A stretch of 64,000 nucleotides of DNA from Tricharina praecox (lineage: Eukaryota). A model generated the notes under the pieces. It was given only the letters and a program-made list of their open reading frames with translations. It did not search any database and was not told the DNA's origin. The DNA lies in the NCBI RefSeq assembly GCF_024521635.1, contig NW_026250403.1:558001-622000 (forward strand), read 5' to 3'. This document shows positions 23,475 through 35,642 of this stretch, one piece after another. A program made the position numbers and the translations under genes. Every line of letters begins with the position of its first letter. Positions within the stretch are counted from its first letter, which is position 1.

Positions 23475-25184
23475 CGGCTTGTGATACCCGTTATGTGTGT
23501 ACATGTACACACATGTAGATATCTATTTTTTACTATTCTGCACTTCATCTATTCAGGTATCTAGGATTTTGGGCGGTTAGTGCTCACCCACCCACGAGTG
23601 GTGGCCCTATATTGTACCTAGTCCGTCTGCGCTCGAGTTCTCACCTCACCGGAATCCGGCGGAGAAGGCGGAGGTACACGCACTGTACTTAGGCTTCGGG
23701 CGGATGCTGTAGGTATGGTAGGTACCTAGGCGAGCTTGCCTGGGTCAGCCGGATACTCGGTGCCATGTCACATATGTAGAAGAAGCAAAGCGAAATGAAA
23801 ACTGACAGCTACATATCAGCTGTCATGATTCCAAAGCGTTCTGTTCGCTGGGTCAGTCAGTTGGGGTGGAATGCTATATGGAGTGTATAATAAACGCATT
23901 AGACGCAGCGGCCGCTAACTCGGTAGTCATCGGCGTTTGATGTCGGGTGATTCGGGACACGAAGGAGTGCTGCGGGTGGACCCTCACTCAAAGAGCAGAG
24001 CTCGTTTTAGCGTGTCAGAGAGACTTAGGCGCTTGACGCCGGACGATTCCCGAGTGACGAGTAGCCGTAGCAGAGTGGAGACCGTCCTATCACTCTAGAG
24101 AGCCTATTCAGCAGGCGAGAATCGAGATAGTGGCGGCGGGGATCCGGAGGAGAGTGAACTCCCGGGTGAGTGCTCAGCGCTTTGCGCACAGAACCAGGTC
24201 GGCCCATGACGCCTGGCATTGTGTCAACCCCGCCTTCGATCTAAATACGTTCCGCTGCTATTCATAATTTCATCGGGCTCCGGCCTTGACAGCGAGCAAA
24301 CCCCGAGAAGAGGAGGGCTACGACGCATCGCTACAGCGCACAACAGAAAACTCGAGCTTGTCCGAAGGCTTGCTTTCAAATATTGTGAGGATAAAGGGAT
24401 TTGGACTGTCGCTTCTGTTTCTGGGATTTGGTGGTGGAATTTCTTTGTCAAGTGCTTTATTGCAGATATGATGCCTCTACCGGCCATAGCCTTAGGGTTC
24501 CATGCTGTATGAATAATCAATCGAATCAATCAGTGGAGAGCTTCTTTATGGCCAGTGGCGCCTGCTCTGTTGTTTATTGCGAAAGGCATGTATGATACCT
24601 AGGAGGGGAGAATGGAATGTTTCAAACTCGATTCGATGATGAATAGCAACTGCAGTCTAGAGCCACAGCATCAAGTCTATATAGAGCACACGATATTTAT
24701 TTAAGTTTGGTAAAAGGCTCTGGTATGTACAGGCGCAATCCACCATTGACGTCCAACAGGCATACGCAATCTATATCTAGCTACGAGTGCAGTGGCAAGA
24801 GTACTTCCGCAGTGTATCGAGATCACATGCTCGCCACGATCTTCCCTCCGAAGCAGCCACCTCCATATCTGCTTCTATCTAAGCACCCTCCAAAGTCCAT
24901 AACCGCTTAAAACCCTATTCACCTTCCACCCACCACTTTCCCCCCGCGAACTGAAGTGACGAGTGACATCCGATGCGTCCGACCCGTCCTATGTCCCAGT
25001 AGTTCCGGCAACTTTTCGACCTCCGGGTTACCGGGCCCGGGATGACGTATTGCCGCTGGGCAACCAACCAACATCGGCACAACCCAAAACCGACTTCGCT
25101 TGTCCTCCTCTCCCCCACCATCACACAACCATCAACCACCCCTCGATACCGATATTACCACCGAACGCACGCACGCACACAGCA

Positions 25185-25950
25185 ATGACAAAACCCACCA
25201 CTACCCCCGCTGCCCCCGCCGCCCCCGCCACGGGCAAACCGACCGATGAAACGCTCCTCGAGCACATCGCGGACGGAACGTTCGTGTCCCCGCCCCCTTT
25301 CCCCCATCCCCCACCATTCCCCAGCCGACTGACCCCACCACAGCGCCCCCGACAGCACCGAATCCGACGTTCGGTACGCAGCGTACGCGAACCGCGTGCG
25401 GACGATCCTGCGGTCGGCGCACCGCTACGTCGCCTACACGTCGGACATCGGGGAGTCCTTCCGGCCGGTGGCACACCCATGGCTGATCCGTGGCGCGTAC
25501 GGCGTGTCGTGGCTATACCTCACCGGCGACGTGGCGAACGAGGGGTACAAGGCGTACACGCGGCAGTATCCCAGCTCGCCGTCGACGGGTTTGACGAACA
25601 ATGCCGTCGCGTTGATGCCGACTCCGCCGCTGGAGGATTATAGAACTGTCATGGTCCAGCGCGCGATCTTTCAGTCCCTGGCGTCGATGGGATTGCCCGC
25701 TTTTACCATTCATTCCGTCGTCAAGTACTCCGGGAAGGCGCTTAAGGACGTGAAGAATGTCAGGGTGCGCACGTGGGCGCCCATCGGCCTCGGCTTGGCC
25801 ATCGTGCCGTTTCTGCCGTATATCTTCGATGAGCCGGTGGAGCATGCGGTGGATTACACGTTCAAGCGTGGGTTCGAGGCGATGGGGTGGACGGCGCCGA
25901 AGGGAGTGACTGAGATGGTGAAGGATAAGATTAAGGAGAAGGAGTTGTAG
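25185..25950 (+). CDS. MTFP1: Mitochondrial fission process protein 1 (MTP18 family); 2 exons
   Basis: Intron 25280-25343 (GTTCGT...CTGAC...CAG); motifs RYAAYANR, RYVAYTSDIGESFRPVAHP, FQSLASMGLPAFTIHS, PFLPYIFDEPVE. Confidence 0.92.
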
Positions 25951-26453
25951 AGGGAGAGAGAGACCGGTGGCTTTTTGCTTTTTTTTGGGCGACGGACGGA
26001 TGGATACCTTTCTCGACTCTGATAGATGATCTTGGACCTTGGACTGTTTGCGTTGTAGCTGCTGCTTTACGATGTGGCCATATGCTGGAGCGGGCGAGTT
26101 TGCGGATGTGTGGGAGTAAAGGGGCAAAACTTGTATGTATGGTGATTGATTGATTGTGTCGTCTTCATGAGAAAAAAACAACATACAAAGCACGTGAGTG
26201 GGAAGTGGAGTTTCCATCCCTCCTCCCGTCACCGGCCAACCCACCGACCAATTCAGACTCGAAACCTGAAGTGGAAGCGTGAAGATTACAGTCATGTAAG
26301 ACGTGAAAAGGCAGGAGGCGAGTGAACAGGTTCTCTCCAAAATCAAGATACACCCCCATCTATGCCTGTCATGACCAAAACCAGGGGTATAATGAAATCC
26401 CAATGATATCCAGTGTAAATCCAATCCCATATACTCCTTCCTGCCTGCATGGC

Positions 26454-29400
26454 TCATGCATTGCTGTAATATCCCCCGTCGCCCTCGCAATCCGCAAGCG
26501 AAATTCCCAAGGGAATAGGTATCGGTGGTCCGTGGAATTGTGGTGCGTTGTTTTCGTCCGATTCCTCCTGGTTGTCCTCCTCTCCGTCCCCATGTTCTCC
26601 GTCCTGCCCTGATGGCGGAGCATGATCCTCCTGCGTCTGACCGTCGTCTCCCTCTTCCGCCGATTGCCGTTCATAGTCCTCCTGTGTCCGAGCGTCATCT
26701 CCCTCCTCCTCTGGTTGTGCATGTTGTACATGATCCTCCTGCGTCTGTTCCTCATCTGCATCTGCATCCTCCTCCTTCCCAACGAGCTCACTCGTCCGAT
26801 CCGCCGCCGCCTCAGAAACAACATTTGTCGTGTCTGGGCTCCCAAACAGTGATCCCCAATTGATTGACGTCTCGATATCGCTAAACCCGAATTCATATCT
26901 TGAGCTCTCCGCCAGCCCCTCAACCTGGTCCCATCCCCGATGCAGCGCTCCAGAGTCAGAGCCATAGTCCTGCCATCTTCCCGTTCTGAGCGTCATAAAC
27001 TCCTCAAATGAGCGTCCGAACGCACTGTTGCCGCTGCAATCGGCAGTGAGAGGAAACGGTGAACCCTCCACTGTCGGTGATCGTCGTGCACTGAAACTGA
27101 GGCTCGATTCTTTCAAAGCATTCTCGCTGCCGCTGGAACGGGCAACAAGAGGAGACAGTGTTCCCTCCACCGTCCGGGAGCGCCGCACATTTGGACTAGA
27201 CTCCGGGTCCTTCGCCGCCGTCTTCTTCTTGCGGCGCTGAACACCTTGTGGATACGTCAACGGCGGGCTCGGGGGTGACTGTGTAGCGCGTGATGTGAGA
27301 GCAGCGGTAGAACTACCACCACGCGGCGACCTCTTCTTCCTCGGGGGACTAGGCTTCCGTTCGGCATCATCTTCCGTGGCGACCTCCTTCTCATCCACGA
27401 GTGGTGCCGCCGGTGGTGGTAGCGGCGAAGTATGCATGCGGTTCAACTTGCTGGAGCGTCTAGGCTGCAACTGCGGGACCGTTTCGGGCGGGGTAGCCTC
27501 CTGCTGCTGTAGCAGCTGCAGCGGGGGGCTGACCGCAAGATGGGACGAAAACGAGATGCGTGCCGGAGCGGGCCCGACGCTCTCGGGCGCGAACGGGCCA
27601 AAGCTCGCGAACGGCTCCGAGAAGAAGCTGTTGGCCGTGTGGTGCAGGTCCATGTCCGGGTCCAGGTCCGGATCCGGGTCCGGGCTGCGCTTGGAGTCCA
27701 GCTTGGCATCGAATCGCCAGAAGGACTCTTCCGCGTCCATGGTGGCCTGCTCGCACTCCGTCTCATCGCTGTCATAGTACCGGTCGAGCTGCTTGATCGC
27801 CTCCCATGTGATGATTGAGGCGCTGGGACGGCTGGAGGAGGTCCGCGGGAGAACGTAGAGAGTTTTACGCGTGGTACCGCGCATTATGCAGTTGGCTTTG
27901 AGGAAGTCCACCGTCCAGAGAGCCGGCGTGGTGATGTCACTGGGTTGGAGAAATTCCAGCGGGGCCTGTTTGTAGATTTTACGGAGGGGCTCCCACAGAC
28001 TACGAGTGCCGCCTCTGGCGGCGGTGCGCTGCGAAGAAGAAGACAGATGACATTGGTCCGAGGCCTGGAACCGCAGCTGCTGTGACATCGAACGAGAAGA
28101 GCCGCGGGAGACATTGTATGAGGCACAAAACTCCAACGCGTTCTGGAAGTTGGACTCGATGGAAAGTGAGACTTCTCTCGCAGTAGGACCAGTAATATGC
28201 AACCGTTTGACGAACCCACGGCTGTGAAGACGTTTGTACACTTTCGACTTTACTGAAAACGAAAAAGGCACCAAGCCAGATTGCGGCGAACACAGTGCTT
28301 TGCCTATGGTAGGAGCGGATGCGGATGCATTCTCGCTACCGGTGTACTGGGTATTGGGGACCGAGGCTTGGGCCTCAGCCCATATTCCGCTCAGAGAAGC
28401 AGGTGGGATGAGTACCACTTCAATAATCCATGGGCGTGCAACGCTTGGGGGAGCCGAAGCTTCGATGTCCGACAACCGGGCTTTGAGCATCTCAATATCC
28501 GATAGAACCTTCGGATCGGCATGTTGAGATATACGTGAAGGGCCTGGTGACCCGAAGCTGGAGGTAGTGGTGGTGAAACTAGTAGTCGTAAAGCTCGTGG
28601 TAGTGATTCCGTGTTGCTGGCTGTTGAGGACCTCGCTGGCATCTCGCTCCTCGGGACGCTTCCTCCGTTTCCCACCACTGGCACCTCCGCTGTGAATGCT
28701 ACCGGAGTTGTCGCAAATCTCCAGATTGGCCTTCGCCTGATGTCGACGTTTCCGCTTCTCGCCGTATGCCTGTTGGGCCCTGAGGAAGGACTCAATCGGC
28801 CCGAGGCGATCATCGATCTCATTCATCAAGCGCACCTCGGTGTTGTCGAGCTTCTCGTTGACCTGATCATCTATCAGATCGACCTTCTCGGCGAGGTCCT
28901 CCAGCGTCGCAGGCATAACCTCCATCATCTCGACGCGCTGCCGCATATTGATCTGATCGGTCTCAATCGCGGCCGTGCAGTCGACCAAATTCTTTAGCCT
29001 CTCCTTGACGGACGACGATGACGACGGCGGCCTGTCCAGAGCCTTCGGGTTCATGCACAACCTCTCCGCCATGCCGTGCGAGACCACGTTGTGCAATTGA
29101 TCCGTCAACTGTTTCGAAGCCTCGTCGCGAACCCGCGTAGAAGGTGCGGCGTACTTCGTCGTCCACGGTATCTTCAGCAGCCCCATTGGCGTGCCCGAGG
29201 TACTCGAATCCCGCTCCGTCGTCGTTCCGCTGACCGCCGAGAGTGCCGTCATGTTAACGTTCGCCGACCCATCCGCCCGCACCATCAAGCCCTCACCGAC
29301 ACGGTGAGCCCCCAAGGACCTCTCACGCGCGCTCCCGAGCGATCCGCCGTATCCGATGGCCCTCTGTAGCTCCAGCGGCTCCCGAAGCTGTGGAGAGAGG

Positions 29401-29735
29401 TAGTTATCCGTCGCTGTTGGTGCTAGTGCTGGTGCTGGCGCGTGCGTGGGCACCGCCGGATGGCCCGAGTGGTAGCAGGAGTCGTGTCCGCATCTGCACG
29501 CATCCTCATCATCTTCCGAGTCCTCGGACGTGCCTGACCTGCCAGTGCCACTGCCGGTCGGCCCTCTGCCACCACCACCGCTCCAACGATTGACGCGTTT
29601 CTGCGACCTCTTCTTGAGCATGAACTTCTGGCAGCCACATACGGAGGTCCCGCCAAGGTTGGGGAAGTTGTAGTTGCAGCCCCCCGTGGGCAGGTGGCAG
29701 GTGGAACTCGTCGCGGCGGAGGCGGCTGTCGTCAT
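26454..29735 (-). CDS. Uncharacterised 1093-aa protein (intronless)
   Basis: Long ORF; likely ATG at 29735 (MTTAAS...). N-terminal Cys/His cluster, coiled-coil, basic NLS-like KRKRR/KRRKR, a globular core (PWIIEVVLIP, YKRLHSRGFVK, WEPLRKI, ALWTVDFL) and an acidic tail. Confidence 0.85.
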   Translation of the reverse strand: MTTAASAATSSTCHLPTGGCNYNFPNLGGTSVCGCQKFMLKKRSQKRVNRWSGGGGRGPTGSGTGRSGTSEDSEDDEDACRCGHDSCYHSGHPAVPTHAPAPALAPTATDNYLSPQLREPLELQRAIGYGGSLGSARERSLGAHRVGEGLMVRADGSANVNMTALSAVSGTTTERDSSTSGTPMGLLKIPWTTKYAAPSTRVRDEASKQLTDQLHNVVSHGMAERLCMNPKALDRPPSSSSSVKERLKNLVDCTAAIETDQINMRQRVEMMEVMPATLEDLAEKVDLIDDQVNEKLDNTEVRLMNEIDDRLGPIESFLRAQQAYGEKRKRRHQAKANLEICDNSGSIHSGGASGGKRRKRPEERDASEVLNSQQHGITTTSFTTTSFTTTTSSFGSPGPSRISQHADPKVLSDIEMLKARLSDIEASAPPSVARPWIIEVVLIPPASLSGIWAEAQASVPNTQYTGSENASASAPTIGKALCSPQSGLVPFSFSVKSKVYKRLHSRGFVKRLHITGPTAREVSLSIESNFQNALEFCASYNVSRGSSRSMSQQLRFQASDQCHLSSSSQRTAARGGTRSLWEPLRKIYKQAPLEFLQPSDITTPALWTVDFLKANCIMRGTTRKTLYVLPRTSSSRPSASIITWEAIKQLDRYYDSDETECEQATMDAEESFWRFDAKLDSKRSPDPDPDLDPDMDLHHTANSFFSEPFASFGPFAPESVGPAPARISFSSHLAVSPPLQLLQQQEATPPETVPQLQPRRSSKLNRMHTSPLPPPAAPLVDEKEVATEDDAERKPSPPRKKRSPRGGSSTAALTSRATQSPPSPPLTYPQGVQRRKKKTAAKDPESSPNVRRSRTVEGTLSPLVARSSGSENALKESSLSFSARRSPTVEGSPFPLTADCSGNSAFGRSFEEFMTLRTGRWQDYGSDSGALHRGWDQVEGLAESSRYEFGFSDIETSINWGSLFGSPDTTNVVSEAAADRTSELVGKEEDADADEEQTQEDHVQHAQPEEEGDDARTQEDYERQSAEEGDDGQTQEDHAPPSGQDGEHGDGEEDNQEESDENNAPQFHGPPIPIPLGISLADCEGDGGYYSNA

Positions 29736-32700
29736 TGCATATCTCTCTCTCTGCCGGGAAGGAACGCGAAGGATTCGAAGCTGGAGGGAATCGATGGAGA
29801 ACGGAAATAAGGGACTGCGGAAGATTAAAAGAGGGAATAGATAACAAGTAGAAGAGAAGGAGAAAGGGAAGATGGGGAGGACAAGTACTAGTATAGTAGA
29901 TAGGTGGCTGTTGACGATATTTTGTTGTTCTTCACACCAAAATAAGGACGATATGTTGATCACATAGTTGGAGCAGGGATGCTACGACCAGCGGGTCAGG
30001 GATCCTCGATTTACGTACGACTCCCTCGCTCCAGGAGGAGAGGTCCGAGAGCTGTGGGGGGAGGGATGAGGTCTGTGTGCAGTGTCCACCAACCGAAGCA
30101 TTTCCCGAACGACCAGTAAGCTGGGAGCCTTGGACGGACCGTCCCCAGGTGCCGCAGACCGGCGGTGTCCATCGGGATTAGGCAGAGGATTGGCACGCAT
30201 AACCATGGAAGTGTGCCCCGCCAAAGCAAACACGAGGAGCCCGAAGGAGGTTGGTGATGTTTGCTTTGGAGGATCGTTGGTTGGTTACATATGCATACAT
30301 ACGTGGAGCAAGGTAGGTGCATCCATCCCCTTGACGCCAAGTTTTGGGCTGGTTGTTTTCCGCGGCGCACATTTGCCGCCAGCATGATTTGCCGCCAGGT
30401 AGTACTTCAATAGTTTGGAGAGATTATGTAGAGTATGAGTCCGAACTGCAGGTGTGGAATGGTGACCACAGACAGCTCCCGTTTATCGTAGTTGCAGGAT
30501 TTGTTCTCCATCCAGCCAACAGATGGCTCGGGCAACAAGTTTCGTTTCATTCCATTCACATCATCGGAATCACAGCGGAGTCACATCGCGCGGAATCAAT
30601 TCAAGAACAGTTTTTATTTGGATAGGCTATAGACAACGAACTTCCCATAGAGGAACCTGAGTTTCAAACACCGTTAGCCGTGTTCCTACATCTGGCAACT
30701 CGAACAAAAGCGGTGAAGATTTCCAACAAAATCAGATAGAGCTAATAAAGGTTGCTGTCATAGACTGACTCGATTCATGAAGTCATGCCTCGTGTAATAC
30801 ATGCTAGTTTGATCATCCTTCGAAGGGGAGGAGGGAAAGATATGCGTAAAACGATGGGGGGAGGGTGAACCAACCTGTGGAGTAAGATAGCGATTCTGCT
30901 GGGCACGTTTGGAACTAAAAATATCTTCTCGGGTCAGCAAGATCCAGAGTAAAGGTTGTGCAGATGTGAAGGGTATAAAAGAAGGGAGAACGTGAAATTT
31001 CAGACTGTTGAGCTTGATATGTCATTTAAGTCTTCATAGCCGCTTTCTGACGACGGCTAAGAAAGTGAAGAAAATGGGATCATCATTGTAACGTTCGAAA
31101 GCAAAGTACATTGAGGAGTGTCATGCTTACCACAGAGACGATGAAATGAAGAATCATCACGAACGAAGGATGTAGGTCACCGTTTTGCCCTGCCCTTCTT
31201 CCCTTGCGGTCCGGGAGGATTCAAACGATGACCACCAATCCCCACACCCGCGCCCATCCGAGATTTCAGTTTGGTGGATGAACGACGCATGTGAGGGGCA
31301 ATATCCCTCCTTTCTAGGAACCCTGAAGTATGCTGAGAGTACAACAGGGGCAGATAGGAGGTTGGCTAGCAGCCGGGTAGTCACGGGTGATGCACCCCAT
31401 CTCGTTCTGTGGAACCAGATGCGATCATCAAAGATGAACTCAGCGCACGTTGGTGGGTCACGACGAATGCGAAGCACGGAAACTAGATCTCTAACTTTAG
31501 GTCAGCCCATGTTCATCCCAAAGCGAGCGAAATGAGTGAAGAAGAAAGCAGAAAGCGCGAATGGTATCAGAATGTCAGAGGTTGTTATCTTCAAAGTGAT
31601 TCAGACAATGTAGGTAAGTATTCATAATGAACATCATCCTGTGAAGCGCTGCGGGCAGAGGTAGAGGAGGAGGAGGGGGGTAAGTCAAATGGGTAATTAC
31701 CATCTGAACAGATTGAGAAGCCGGAGACATTGAGCAATAGTTAATCTTTTGAACACCATGTTAGCCTTGCACAACGAAGGATGGTATCAACATGAGCGAT
31801 GAAGTAACAGCATATCAGTAACCATAACGCATATTGTTTGTTCTTCAACGAGTAACTAAGATGTTTTGTTGTTTTAGGTTTTCATCACCTGTTGACATTG
31901 TCTGTCCTCGGGGGTGGGGGGTCGCGGGGTTGAGGGAGAGGGAGAGGGAGAGGGGAAGTTACCATAAGATCAATCCATTGCCGTGTCGAAAAGGGTGGTG
32001 AGCAGCACCGTCATTGCGCGTCGAGGAGAGACGATAGACGGGCCGAGAGCAGCGGTTGGTGGGTGGGATGTGGAGTGGAGAAGATTGATGGTGCAGTCTT
32101 CGAATTTATGGCGTTTCGGCAAAAAAAATTAGCGGCTCTTCTCATAGCAAGCCCTAAGACCCAACAAAGGCTAATCCGGATCATGGCAGAAGACTCGGAC
32201 ATCCAGAGAATCCAAAAAGTTGTACGAAAAGACGACCACCTCCCGCTCTCAATCCAGATTTCATTGGGTGTAGGCAAAGAGATGAATGGGGTCCACGAGG
32301 AAAGGGGCACCTCAGCAGCTATTACACCTCCACAGATACAGCGGACAATCACATTCTACCTGTTCCCTCTTCAATTCCAAGCTCGAAGGAATGCAGCGTC
32401 CCACTCCCATCTCATACTGGCACATGCTCTTTTGTAACCCGAGCACTTCCAAACATGCTTCACCGTCATCATGTAGAGTGGAAGTCCAGTGAACTCCACC
32501 ATGCGCCGATCTGATTACGGATCTACCATACCAACCGATAAGCAAAGCACGGGCCGTCCATCGGTTTTCAGATGTCCTTTCGCTTCCTCTTCGCTCCCCC
32601 GTTCCCGCCATATTCGTAGCCGACCGGAAGTGGCGTTAGTTACCGGGGGGGTTGGTTCAATGGCGACTGGCGAGACATTCGTTCAGCGTCAGTGACAGCT

Positions 32701-33669
32701 TACTGACATGACACCTTACGGCAGGAGAGCGGCTCGAGGCGTGTGCACTGTGCACCAGGACCGCTACCTGTGCGCATAGGTACACGAGGTCGAGAAGCAT
32801 GATTCAAGGAATGGTGTTTCGCTCCGTCGACGGCAACGGAAGGGTTCATGTTACATAGTGGTCCCTTGCGCGTAACGTTGAGGATCACATGGAGCCGCCG
32901 GCATGCAGACCCCTTCACCTCTCTGTGGCTTGGAAGGGTAACTGTTGGCCTTTCTATCTGTTGTGAGAATCCGTTCGATACAGACAAGGGTTCTGGGCTC
33001 TGGCGGGTAGGGGGGCTAGCAGTAGTATGAAGCTCGGCCAACGTCAAGGCTTACGTTTTCAGGCCGAGCAGGCTACCTATCCAACTCACCGTTGAGGCTG
33101 AGCACATCGTATGATGTCCGGATGCCGAGTGCGTAGGTCTCTCGAGTCTCAAGCCCTCTGAATGAGTTTTCGCCGCGGCGAAGAAGGCTCGCCAACCGTT
33201 GAATTGGCAGGACAAGTGGCTCAGCATCGTCCGACTCGCGGCGTCAGGCCTTTGTTCCGTAACACCAAACCTCAAACGCGTCACGCCAAGCCTCTTGGAA
33301 TCTGACATCTGTGTTCTCTTTTGGTTTCCGTCAAAGGGTCGAGCTTAGTCTGAGTGCTTTACTGGGTAACTATCCGATCCCTCTCCCTTCTCCACGACAC
33401 TGGTCGACGAACTCTTCTTCTCGAGGCTTACACTTCAACTGCTTTCCTACCTCTAGCAAGCTCGCACGACTTTCTAAACGACCACCTCCTCCTTCCCACC
33501 CCCTCCTCGCCTGCGCTGCGCTGATCGCCCCGTCCCGCCGCCTGTCAACCACACACATACACACACACACACACACCAAAATAAACCCATCGGATTCGCA
33601 ACAAATCCTTTCCGCTACGAACCGTAACCACAACCACACGAAAACCTTCCTCGATACAAACACGCAAAG

Positions 33670-34378
33670 ATGGGGATCATGGACAGCATCGGGTCCGAGA
33701 TGAAGACGAGGAATTTCAGTGAGTAGTCGAGTCGAGTCGGATCTTCAGCTGAGCGGCTTGCGGGGGAGGGGGGGCTGCGGCTGTTTCAAGTCGAGGGTCA
33801 GGTGCTAACGTGATCCCCATAGGTATATACGGTCAATGGTGAGCGGAGCAATGGAGTCACAGCGGTCGGTGGAGTGTGGGCTTGAGAGCAGTTGGCTGAT
33901 TCCCGGCCGGATACAGGACCGGTATCATCGCCATCATCCTGTGCGTTGCAGTCGGCATTGCCAACATCTTCCACCTCAACCTGATCATCATCTTCTCGGT
34001 CATCTGCCTGTAAGGACTCTCCCCTCCGGCGGGCACTGTGTGTGTGTGTATGCGTATGTAGATCTGACACGGAACAGCATCACCGGCCTAGTCCTTATCT
34101 TCCTCGAGATCCCGTTCCTGCTGCGCATCTGCCCGACATCGCCGAAGTTCGACACGTTCATGCGCAAGTTCCACTCTCTGTGGGGAAGAGCCGCCTTCTA
34201 CGGCGTCGCCTCGCTCGTGCAGTGGTTGAGCTGCATCGTGCAGGCCACGAGTCTGATCGCTGCCGCGATCCTGCTCATGCTCGCCGGAATGTTCTATGCC
34301 CTCGCGGCCATCAAGGGCCAGCAGTTCGTCGGAAGCAAGACCCTAGGTGGCCAAGGTGTCGCTCAGATGATCGTTTAG
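33670..34378 (+). CDS. TVP18: Golgi membrane protein Tvp18; 4 exons
   Basis: Exons 33670-33718, 33823-33838, 33917-34009, 34078-34378; motifs TRNFSIYGQW, EIPFLLRICPTS, GSKTLGGQGVAQMIV. Confidence 0.95.
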
Positions 34379-34814
34379 TTTAGACAGCGGCGGTAAGGCG
34401 GTGCGAGGCGGTGACGGCGATCCTGGTGCGTGGAGGGGAGGGGTTGCCGTGCGCCTGCCTGGCCGACTTGACTGACGGAAGTAACGGTTACCTATGCTAT
34501 GCTTTTCATGTATGCGATGCGTCTTGTGTGTGTGTGTGAACTTTGAAGTTGCGACTGGAGACTTGGGGAGTACTTTCTTGTGCGATTGCGGCAAACCGGA
34601 CTTTCGGAAGAGCGTGCGAAGGGCAATGGACATGTCTGATGCCGTATGTGATGATGGGCTACCTACCTGTAATGCCGGGTGTTTTTTGCTCCATTTCGGT
34701 TTGTCTTCCTTTCTGTCCGTTGCTGTTGCTGTAGGTACCTACATTTTCAAGAGCCTTCCTTCGTGGTGGGCCGGCGGCAATGTTTATTGGGGTTCTTTCC
34801 GGGTTTGCTATGCT

Positions 34815-34870
34815 CTGTTTCTGTGGCTTGTCTGTTTCTGTGGCTTGTCTGTTTCTGTGGCTTGTCTGTT
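34815..34870. repeat. 17-bp minisatellite (CTGTTTCTGTGGCTTGT) x3.3
   Basis: Read directly, downstream of TVP18. Confidence 0.92.
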
Positions 34871-35478
34871 TTTTTTTTGTTTTTATAGCTCTTGGCTTGT
34901 CTGTTTTCCATGTCTCGTTTTTCCTTTGCAGTAGGTGTTGCATTCTTCCCCTACATAAGAAGCTGTTATGACATGCCCCGGAAGTTGACAAGCAGAAAAT
35001 GACGGTGTTATTATGGATGATGCATTCGAGATGGCCCGCTCTTGGGGTCTCGGAGCCCATAAGGCTGCTGCCTGCATGGTAGTGGCAGGCGACTCATATA
35101 TACATACGGTACGGACAGGGCGAGTGGGAATCGCCCATGCGTGCAGAGCAGAGGCGATGCGGAACGGAAGCTCAGTGTTACTAGGTATCATGGTAGATAT
35201 ACCGGTATGTAAAGCCCACCGCCATGCGCCGCCGGGGCCGGAGTCGGGAGAATGTTCTCTCCCGTAGATACCGTAGATATCTGTGCAGTGTGGGCACGTT
35301 TTGTTCGCACATGTCTCTTCGCTTCTGGGGCACGTTGGTAGGTATCATATGTGCATACACAGTTACATACGGCAGCTACATACTGCGGACAAAGGTGTGA
35401 TGGCGGGCAGACCCTTCGCGGTCGCCTTAACTCAACGTTGAAATGTTCTCTGATGCCGGTTTTATATTCGTCTAGGTA

Positions 35479-35642
35479 CTGTATAGTGAAGGGGGGGTAA
35501 AAAATACGCTTTTTGGCGTCTCGGGACGGTCAAATAGCGTATAAATACAGTCAAAATACGTATTTTCACCGTATCGATACGCTTTTTTCCGTGTCGGTAC
35601 GGTCACAAAGCGTATTTTTTTACCCTCCTCTTCACTACACAG
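35479..35642. mobile_element. MITE, 164 bp, TA target-site duplication (Tc1/mariner-type)
   Basis: TA|ctgtatagtgaagggggggtaaaaaatacgcttt ... aaagcgtattttttttaccctcctcttcactacacag|TA pattern: ~34-bp imperfect TIRs with TA on both flanks (35477-78, 35643-44). Confidence 0.85.

Noticed and set aside
25933..25950. KEKEL C-terminus of MTFP1 as an ER-retention signal
   Set aside because: No signal peptide, and the family is mitochondrial inner membrane.
29736..29963. 76-aa N-terminal extension in the ORF track for the large protein
   Set aside because: Starts at GTG and translates a pyrimidine-rich leader; the first ATG is at 29735.
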